DNA of 64,000 nucleotides from Lytechinus pictus. Taxonomy: Eukaryota. The position numbers were made by a program, and so were the translations under genes. Positions 39,901 through 51,100 of this stretch are shown here, one piece after another. Position 1 is the stretch's first letter. Each line of letters begins with the position of its first letter. The stretch spans positions 10,852,001 to 10,916,000 of the forward strand of contig NC_087245.1 of NCBI RefSeq assembly GCF_037042905.1, written 5' to 3'. The notes below the pieces were generated by a model that was given only the letters and a program-made list of their open reading frames with translations, was not told the origin of the DNA and did not search any database.

Positions 39901-42900
39901 TCTCACTTAGGATTCTTTTTTTTTACTTTTTAGCCCTATTTTCTTTGTTATATTTTTCCGATTCTATTTGTGAACTTCTTGCATTCTCCAGAGTGAAACT
40001 ATTACCATGGAGACATTTTCGGATAAATTGTCAGTGGTCATAGAATCAATGCCAGCTCAAGATAATAACACTTTTTTTTAATGAGGTCCAGGATGTCGGT
40101 AATTTCCGTAATGCTGCCAAAAACATGTTCTTCTGGTAATATGGTATTCATGTCATAACTTCCCTATAGAAGAGAACGTATTTCCTCTGGGAATATGACC
40201 TACATTATTGTCCTCTCCACCCATATGTACATACGATTACAGAAGACTTCAATGTGTTTAAAGGAGAGACAAACCCTTACCGGAATGATCTGCCCGCAGA
40301 CGCCTACTGGTTCATGCCTCGTATATGTCATGAAATCTCCATCTAAATATATGTAGAAATGATAAATGAAAAAAATTATTATCACAATGAGCGACAAATA
40401 AAAGGAAGTGACTCTGATAAACCCCACATTGTCTCCCTTTGAAGAGATGGTATCTGATAACTTTAAATCATGATTTTTTTTATCAATATAATATATAAAT
40501 ATAAATCGGTGCACAAAAGGGCGGAAATCTGTCTCCAAAGGTAGGGGGGACCAGGGGCTGGAAAATTTGACAAGCAAATTAAAAAAAGGCTATCACCCCA
40601 AATGTAAGGTCATTTCGACCAAAATAAATTTGACAAGCAAAAAAAAAAAGTTTTCACCCAATAAGTAAGGTCATCTCGTCCAAAAATACATGTTTTATTT
40701 CAATTTCATAAAAGACCGAAAATAGTAGGGGACATGTGATATTGTGTCCCCCTACTTTTTTGGGTAGGGGGGACACTTCCCCCCTAGGATTTCCGCCCAT
40801 GGGTGCACATTAACCATGTTCATTACCGATACGCCAATACCACATGCAGGGGTAAGGTTTATTATCATGATTATGATCGTGGCATATATTCACAAAAGAC
40901 CCACGCATGAAAAAAAGGGGGGCATGCATATATCACATGCACCATTGTTACTTTATTTGAAATTTGGACTCTCAGAGTGGGTTGTAAGCATACATCGGGA
41001 AGTTGATGTCAATAGTGTTTTTGTGATTTCCGTATACAGTAGCGGATCGATCCCCCTTGTGCTCCCTGCAGACAGAGTCACGCAAGCAGTGCATTGATCT
41101 GCAGGAGGGTGGGGGGGGGGGTTAAGAGGCAGGATGTTGCCTTTCATCGCCATTGGGTCAAACCAACTGGCCAAACCCAAATCTTAGCTATATAAAAGTT
41201 AGATCCGCCACTGGTGTAGAATTATTGGACCCTGGTAATATCATTGGAAACTTACCAACAGGAATTGTTTTTCCTTCTATTTTGTCAGCCCATCCAGCAT
41301 AATATCTGGTGTGAGGAAGTAAGAATATAAATCATCATCAACAACAAAAAAATGAAACACAAGAACACTCTTCAAAATGCTCTTTTCGAAGTGGAAATGA
41401 GGTAAGGAAAAGAAGGAACACATTACCCACACCAAAGATTTGGGTCAAACTTCATACTTTCCTGAAAAAAAATGTGTTGCAGAATCTTATATCCACGGTG
41501 GGGCGTGTCATCTCCTCAATCATCAATTATCAGTTTCGTGTTTATAACATTTAAAGGTTTGAGGGAAACTTCGGAAGTAACTTTAGAGTATATTGCATTA
41601 TCAAAATTTTACACGGCAATTAAACCTTCAACTCTTCTTTTACTCCAATCTATTCATTTTGAGTCCCCAATACCAATGTCAATTTGACAATTTGCCATGC
41701 TTACACAGAAGATATGAAGAATGATGTGTTTAAAAGCTTCGTAAATTAATTGCCATTTATCATGTCCCTGGATTACCCTTGAGTTACTTTCGATGCATTT
41801 ATCATCCAAAGTGATTCGAACACTGAATGTAGTTCATGATCAACATGATTAGCATCTGGAAGTTTCCTTTTTACAATGGAAGAGAAATATACAACCTGGT
41901 ATAATTTGGCAATGAAATTTGTTGTGCAAAGTAGGAAGTTGATTTTTTTCCCACATCCAGCTATTAAAAATATCCAATAGTGGTTGCACATGTATAACAT
42001 AAAGCTATATTCAGTGGCGTACCATGGGTCACGGCATTGGGGGGGGGGGGGGCACCAGCAAAAATGTTGAGTTACTTAGTGAGCGCGCGAAGCGCGCTGT
42101 TGCCAGTTATACTGACCTAATACAAACATTTAAAGGACAGTGCCGTTAAACAAATATGTATCTCACTGACCAAATAATGCGAGCGCGAAGCGCGAGCTGA
42201 ACATTTTTGATATCCAGACCTAAAAAGAGACATAATAGGCAAATTTTTGAAATCATGATACGTACCTGTCTCGCTAAACAAACAATGCGAGCGCGAAGCG
42301 CGAGCTGAAATTTTTGTATATATTGACCCCAAACAATGACATTTTTAAGGACTATTTTTTAGGAATCCATTAAGAGTATACATATATCACCATAGTCATC
42401 TAATGCGAGTGCCAAGTGCTTGCTGATTTTGTTAGAATTACATCTAAACACATTAAGAAATTGTAATCATGATTATCATACGCATCTCACTAATCAAATA
42501 TTGCGAGCGCAAAGCGCGAGCTAAAAATTCAGGAAATTCAGACGTGAAGAGGGCATTCTAAGGCTTGTTTAGAGGAATTCACTAAGACATTACGTATTTC
42601 ACTAACCAAACGATACATGCGAGCGCGAAGCGGGAGCTGAATTTCTTATATTCAGATCAGAAAAAGGGACATTTTAAGGACTGATTTTAGGAATTCATGA
42701 AGAGCAGACATATCTCCCCAATCCACTAATGCAAACGTAAGCACGGACAGGAAATGTTTTATATTAAGACATTCTGAGCGAATTATGTTTCATAAGGTTA
42801 TGAAAAAAAATTTATTATGTAATATAACATAATTATAATATAATATAGCATTATAATGAACAATAATTTCTTCTTTCCCCCTACGTTTCTCTTCCTTTCT

Positions 42901-43057
42901 CCTTTCCTCCGTTTTTTTTTGCCAGCCGATGGGGGGAGGGGACACGTGCCCCCCATGTCCCCCGTAGTTACGCCACTGGCTCTATTCATCTAGAATATCA
43001 AGTTAAAGCTATCGGTGGTCGGAAAGAAAGAATAAAAAAGAGCCAACTGTTTATTTG

Positions 43058-43089
<32 letters not shown>

Positions 43090-45094
43090 TTGGGGGGGGG
43101 GGGGGGCAATGCTTGTGTGAGAGAACAGTTAAGGTGACACAAACCTGAGTGTTGCTACAGACCCTGGGACATCAATGGTGAAGGAATCTTGGTATGGTTT
43201 ACCGTTATCCAGAGTCTCTAGGCTCTAACCAAATAAAGTACAAAAAAAAATGAAAACCCGCTATCATGGTAATATAGTTACAGAAAATCATTTCAATTCA
43301 GAATCAATACTTGCAGATCTGCATTCACAATAAAATGGGTTTTAACCCTAAATAAACTGGGCTATTTCGATGCCTAAAAAGACGGAGGGGGACTGATTCA
43401 GCCCCCCCCCCCTTATGATCTCGGCCGTCGATCGCGCGATCGCGCCGAAAATTGGCACACGCGTTACCCATGGCATAATTTACAAAACTACAAGATCAAA
43501 TTCTGCGAAAAATCTCATTGCTAATCAATGATGTTAATTTATGCGTAAAATCAAAAGTTTGCTCTACTCAACTAAATAATGCCCCTGAAATTTTAATCTA
43601 TGGTACACAGACACTTTATATGAATCTGATCAAATCTACTTTAAAAAAATTTGAAAATCACATTTTTTTTCTTGTGTATTTTATTGTATTTTAAATTTCT
43701 TATGTATTTCTCTGTTTTTCGACTTTCTTTTTTTCATTGTTTTTTCAATGGAAATTGTCGGGGACTTTATTTTGACCATATATAAGATGGAATTAATTGA
43801 TTTTAATCAGTAAAAGGAAAAATAATGATACATTTATGAATTTTGGCTAAAAACACCATTTGCATTGGATTTGTACACAAATTCACACTTTTTGGCAATT
43901 TTGGGACTGCATTCACTTACGAAATGTTGCGTAATTTCAAAATCGCGTACCCGGGGTCAAAAGTTGCGCGAGACTTGAATGTAAAAAGTCAGTGAGCGAC
44001 GCGGTCAAAAAATTTCGCGCAGAGGATTTATCACGAAAAATGTCGAGGGGGGGGGGGGCTAAATCAGCCCCCCAGTCTTCTTGGGGTTAAGAAATAAATG
44101 CTTTTATTTCGATTTATGCTTTCGGCTCCTCTGAACTTTTTGCATTCGACATTATCCCTGTTTGACTATCCCCTTTCCCCGTACCCCGCCACCATTGCCT
44201 CCGCGGTACACAAATATAATGTCTTCAGTTCTGTGCTTGAATAGGCCTATTTCTTGGTTGTTTGATTGTTACATAATAAATCAAGATAATGCACAAATTA
44301 TGCAAAATTAAAATGGAAATAATAACTTAGTATGAAGTACTTTTAAAAGATAAAGACTGGACACTTTTCAGAGCCATTGATACAAAGGCTTTATTCTTCT
44401 TTAATGCTTTGAGTAATCTGTTAGAGTCGGGGTTTGAATTTACTCACGGCTAGATATGCTGCGTCCCTCTCCATTAAATCAGCCAATCTGTTGAGGAGTT
44501 TACCCCTATGGGATGCATTGGCTGTACGCCATGGGGATCCAAGCCGGAAAGCTTCATTGGCTGCAGCATAGGCAATATCTACATCAGCCTGAGGAAAAAG
44601 AAAGAAAGAAAAACAGAAATCAGGGCACGTTTCATAAAACTTGTAAAAAATTGCAATAACAGTTAAAAACAAATGAAATCATTCAATATGATTTGCTGAT
44701 AGTAAACTTGTTATGGAAATTGTGTATTTTGTTCTTATTATTGTGGGGGGGGGGAGTAGTACGGTAAAGTAGTATAAAGAGCAGCACTACTACTACTACT
44801 ACTAATACTACTACCAAAACAAATGAAATCATTCAATATGATTTGCTGATAGTAAACTTGTTATGGAAATTGTGCATTTTGTTCTTATTATTGTGGGGGG
44901 GGGAGTAGTACCGTAAAGTAGTATAAAGAGCAGCATTACTTCTACTACTACTAATACTACTACCACTACTACTACTACTAGAAGTAGTAGAAGTAGTAGT
45001 AGTAGTAGTAGTGGTAGTAGTAGTAGCAGCAGCAGCAGCAAAAGTAGTATGGATGAATGATATTAATAAGATGAATTAGTAGAAGAAGAAGGAG

Positions 45095-45157
<63 letters not shown>

Positions 45158-48100
45158 CTGTTAGGGTAGAAGAATCTAAATAAATATACCTTGTCAGCCT
45201 CGGATACCTCGGCAATCACTTCCTCTGTGGCGGGGTTAATGGTAGGGAATGTTTTACCACTGACCGAGTTCACCCATTCATTGTTGATAAAGAGCTATAT
45301 AGAAAGAAACAAATGATTAGAGCATAAAAACCTTAAAAACATAAAATTAACAATAACCACTTTCCTTTGGTGCAAATATATTGATCATATAGGTCAATTC
45401 ACGTGTGATGCTATGACAAACCAGAACTGAATAAAGAATAGATACTTCATAACTCGATAATGCTGTAGTGTGGTTGTGGTAGTATAGTGGTGGATGCTTG
45501 ATCTTATAACATTTATGTGACATGGATCTTATATAGGCCCTATTATTATGATTAATACCATCATAATTTCATTATCATTATTATTTCCGTCGTTACTTTG
45601 ATTGACATGATAATCATCTACATCATGAGCATCGTCATCATCGTCGTCGTCGCCGCCGTCAACAGCCACGACAAAAAGGCTATATAGGTTGACAGAATAA
45701 ACGAGATCATGGCTATATAGAGATGTATTTCGTGAGGAAGGTTGAGCTCTAATCTAACGAAAAAAGTGTTTTATTAATAAATGATTAAAAAAACCTAGAA
45801 TAATCCACTTCCATTATTTGAGCAGATTGATAGTTATCTTTTAGAAATATATGCTGGTGTATGTGGTTTCGACGATAATTCATTGTACCATTCTTCACTG
45901 TCAATCTCAGTGATAAGGAGAAGCAAGGTATTATGGTAATTCAAACAAATAGCAAGGAAGTGGCAGGAAAGGTATCATTAAATAATATTGTCTTTAAAAA
46001 TCATCAATCCATCCGGATGATATAAAATAGTATACACAACTAGGAAAGTCTGATTACATTAACACTAGGTTAAAGGATCAAGGAGCACAAATCCTGTGCT
46101 AAGCGCATAGTTATACTGACTGCTATTTCAGTTAAAAACAAAAACAAAGAACGATCCTCTATAAAAGTAAATATAAACCCAATTTCTATCAATAAAACCA
46201 AATTGACATGACAACTTTATCCATCAGTCAAATTTTGAGATTTTTAGTAAAACTGCAAATGTGTTCCGCTTCCAGTTTCAATACTGGATTCAGAATACCA
46301 GTAAAATTATCTTTGGTCGGACCTCAGGCTTAGGGGACCAAACAATAATAGATAAGACCTGATTTATGTCGAATGATAAAATATGCACCATGCAGCTCCA
46401 TTCTCCTGACTTGATCCTCGTGCTGACTGACACCAATCTAAATTTAGTTCAAATAATTACAATGACGACTGTCTATACATGTCTAGTAGAATTTGTATGA
46501 TTATTCCATATTCAGATTCGGGTGCTGGCATGATCCGCTGATGAGGTGTAATACTCAAATATGGTTGTTATTGTTGTAAACATTTTAACTTTGTTTTATC
46601 TAAACTGATGAATAACTTGTTATTCTGAAAAGATTTATTCTGGACCCTGTTAGACTACGAGTAAATTTGGGAAATATTCAAATTCCTGTATAATGTTGAA
46701 AACCTCGACTAGGAACATGGTAAGGCAGAAACAGATTCTAAAGCAGATTCTGTCAAGTTCGGGTATAAAATATGACCATCAAAATATAACCCCGTGACCT
46801 TGGTTCCAGCGTCGTCATGCTTTTACTACTAAATTTAGAACATTATCTTGAATCATGTCACAGAATCATGATCAAGAGCGCGGTTGTACATGTTTTGCTA
46901 CGGAAACGTCGTTTGAACATACTGAAGGTGCTTATGATAAACTTATCTTATTTTTTTCTTGTTTCAATTGAGTTTCCAAGTTGGTACAATGTCAACAAAA
47001 ATTGTCAAAATAGTCAATGTGTCTGTGAATATGTGTCTAACCTAAAAAGGAGGACAAGATTAAACAAATCATTAATTAGAAACTACGACTTTTTGTTAGG
47101 CCAACCATTATTTTAATCGGATACCAGACATAATATATTCACCATCAGATTGGTTATTTTGACCAATACTTCTTTAACCCATATAAGATAAATTGAAGAT
47201 ACCAGTCTTGAATTGATATCTCGAGGAAAGTTAATGTAAAGGCAAAAACTAGATTTAAAAAGGAAATGACAGTAACTGAAGTGATAAGCAGAAAGGGACA
47301 TAAAAATATACATGCCCGTTTGATTCTCAGTCCAAAAATGGAGTACTATATTTTAACATTACAGGTCAAACTTGGAACTGCAGGCAAGCAGTAAGGATTT
47401 TATTTCGTTACTCTCACGAAATTCCTTTTTTTAATGAAACATTTTTTTTACATACATGTGAGCTACTTTTATCAGTGTAAATTTTGATTTTTACTTCACA
47501 AACTTTCTAAAATTTTTGACCTGTTCAAGTTATCAAAATTCATGGACGGGATATGAATTTCTTTCCCCTTTGGGTCTAGTGGAATAAGTCTATAATAAAT
47601 TGGCGGATTAATCTATGTCACATTGGTGGATACTTGGTAAAAACGTCTAAAATATCGTCAAACAAGGCTTTACTCTTTTTATTCATTTTATACGACTCGT
47701 CAGCATATATTGGTCAATCAAAATTTAGGACATCTTTTGAAGACAGTACGGTCATTAATGACATGATTGACACCGCCTTCTTGAAAGACGATATTTTTTT
47801 CATAAAACACTATAAGGACTGCTATGTAATATTTACACAAGTGAAACGCGTTTTTTTTTTTCAAATTGGACAGTACTAACCTTTGAGAGTTCTTGATTAC
47901 TTAGCTATATTGATAAGCCATTCTTCATCAAACAGGCACTTTGGACTTGTTATTCACAATAAAGAATATTATGCTTAGCAAGCATGATTTACACGTTCGA
48001 GGTCAGTTCATTTTTTTCTTATAAGATTATGGGGTGTTTTTTTATGTTGGCATATATTGAGTTTGAGGTCCGCCTTAAATTTGGGAATGGGCAGATGAAA

Positions 48101-51100
48101 GATCAATTTTGCAATAATTTATCGACACTGACACTAAAATTGCCCTCATGAAAGTCTTTACTATCGTTATTTTTCAATGTATATTTAAGTTCCTAATAAT
48201 GACATGATTAAAAAACATAAGGACAGGATTACGCGACCCCCGTATGAAAGCTAGATCGAGCAGTGCAAACAGTGAGATATTTTTATGCCATTTCGGGTCA
48301 TACGATCCAGGGAATTACATTGCCCTGTAAAAACCAAAATGAACAATTATTTGGAAGATATCAATTAGAGATGCTCGTTTCTCTTTAAATCGAATAATGC
48401 AATCGGATTATCTGTTGAATAGTTTTATTCATATTTCAAAATTCAGATCAATTTACATACATTGGATGAATCGTATATTCAAATCTCGTTCATTCCGTTA
48501 TACCCCGTCACACTTATTCGGAATCAGCAGGAATCGAGCAGAACCAGCCGGAATGAAGAATTTTCAAAATTCGTGCCACATTCGGGAGGGAATTTGAAAT
48601 TTTCACTACTTTTACAAAAATGTCGTTCGAATATTTATACCCCCGTCACACTTATTCGGAATCAGCAGGAATCGAGCAGAACCAGCCGGAATGAAGAACT
48701 TTCAAAATTCGTGCCACATTCGGGAGGGAATTTGAAATTTTCACTACTTTTGCAAAAATGTCGTTCGAATATTTAGAACGTCCTTTGATCCCGCCTCGAA
48801 TGATTCTTGCACATTCCGGGTGTATTGACTGTCGAATACAGTCGGAACACAGGAAGAATATTAAGAATGCTGTTAGAATGCAGCAAGAATATTTAGAATG
48901 CAGTCAGAGAGCAGTCAGAATGCACTTCGAATGTCGTTCGATATTTCTCCACTTCGAATGCACTTCGAAAGTTTTGAACATGAGCAAAGCATTCGGGCCG
49001 ATCACAAGAATGGACCCGAATGTCTGGAATGCAGTCAGAATTTTTAGAATGCGCTTCGAATATCCAAGAATGTACCAAGAATTTTCATTCCGACGGCATT
49101 TCGCCTCTAGTGTGACGGGGTTTAAATTGCATGCCTTCACCAACCTCGGCTAGCTATTCAAAATAAGCATGTTCATCATGATGGAAATAATTTCCAGGAA
49201 AAAAATGAAATGAATTCGTTACATACAGTGGCGTACCGTGGGTCACAGCATTGGGGGGGCACCAGCAAAAAAATTGAGTCACCTAGTGAGCGCGCTTCGC
49301 GCGCTCAGTTGCTAGGTATGCTGACCTAATAGAGATATTTTAAGGACAGTGTCATTAAACGGATATGTATGTCACTGATCACATAATGCGAGCGCGAAGC
49401 GCGAGCTTAAAATTTTTGATATTCAGACCTAAAAAGGGACATTATAAGCAAATTTTTGTAATCATGATGTGTACCTGTCTCGCTAAACAAACAATGCGAG
49501 CGCGAAGCGCGAGCTGAAATTTTTGTATATATTGACCCCAAACGGACATTTTAAGGACTATATTTTATGAATCTATTAAGAGTATACATATCTCACCATA
49601 GTAATCTAATGCGAGTGCCAAGCGCTTGCTGATTTTGTTAGAATTATATGCATCCAAACACATAAAGCACGTGTAGTCATTGTAATCATGATTAACATGC
49701 GCATCTCACTAATCAAATATTGCGAGCGTGAAGCGCGAGCTGAAAATGTAGGAAATTCAGACCTGAATACATGGAATAGGGACATTTTAAGGCTTGTTTG
49801 TAGGAATTCACGAAGACCATACGAATTTTCATTAACCAAATGAAGCGAGCGCGAAGCGCGAGCTAAAATTTTTGTATACATTGACCCCAAACATTGATAT
49901 TTTAATGACTATTTTTTAAAAGAATCCATTAAGAGTACACATATCTCACCATAGTCATCTAATGCGAGTGCCAAGCGCATGCTGATTTTGTTAGAATTAC
50001 ACCTAAAGACATACTTTTTGTAGTCATTGTAGTCATGATTATCATACGCATCTCAATAGTCAAATATTGCGAGCGCGAAGCGCGAGGAGAAAAATTTGGA
50101 AATTCACACCTGAAGAGGGGCATTCTAAGGCTTGTTTGTAGGAATTCAAGTAGACCATGCGTATTTCCCTAACCAAATGATGCGAGCGCACGCTGTAATT
50201 TTTGATATGCAGATCAGAAAAAGGGACATTTTAAGGACTGATTTTAGGAATTCATGAAAAGCAGACATATTTCACTAATCCACTAATGCGAACGTAAGCA
50301 CGGACGGAAATGTTTTATATTAAGACCTTAAAATGATATTTTACTACATAAAACAATAATAATTCGAAGTGCGAGGAAATATATTTGGTGTATATTGACT
50401 TGAAAACGGGAGGTTTGAGTACAACAGGATTATATATCTCGTTAAACAGACAATGCGAGCATCAGGAACAATGAAGACATAGGCCCTGAGCAAATTATGT
50501 TTCATAAAGTTATGATTTTTTTTATTTTAATGTAATATAACATAACATAATTATAATATAATATAACATAATTAACAATAAGTTCTTCCTTCCCACTACG
50601 TTTCTCTCACTTTCTCCCTCTTTTTCTCTTTCTCCCCGTTTTTTTTTTTTTTTTTTTTTTTTTTTGCCAGCCGATTGGGGGGGCACGTGCCCCCCCCCCA
50701 TGCCCCCCCCGTAGTTACGCCACTGGTTACATACCAGTGCGGGAAGACAAATGATAAAATGACGGCACGACGAAATAGTAAAACTGAGGTGACACGAAAT
50801 TATGAAATGAGAGTATGAAGAAACGGGGATTTTTCAATATTACGGGGTTGTGGAAAATAATGGGATTGCGCTAGGGTCTATTTTTATGACCTGTGTATGG
50901 GGGGGGGGGGGAGACGACCTTATATTTCTCAATCAAATTACAGGGGTGTTATATAGAGTTTATTATGACCGATAGCTCTCTTCCATTTTCTCCCCCTTTT
51001 TAACCACTCGAAAATTCACAGGCGCGGGCGAGCAAAATATTATTTGATGTTTTTATTCAAAAATCCTATTTTGTGATAGATTTCGACATAATATTTAGAA

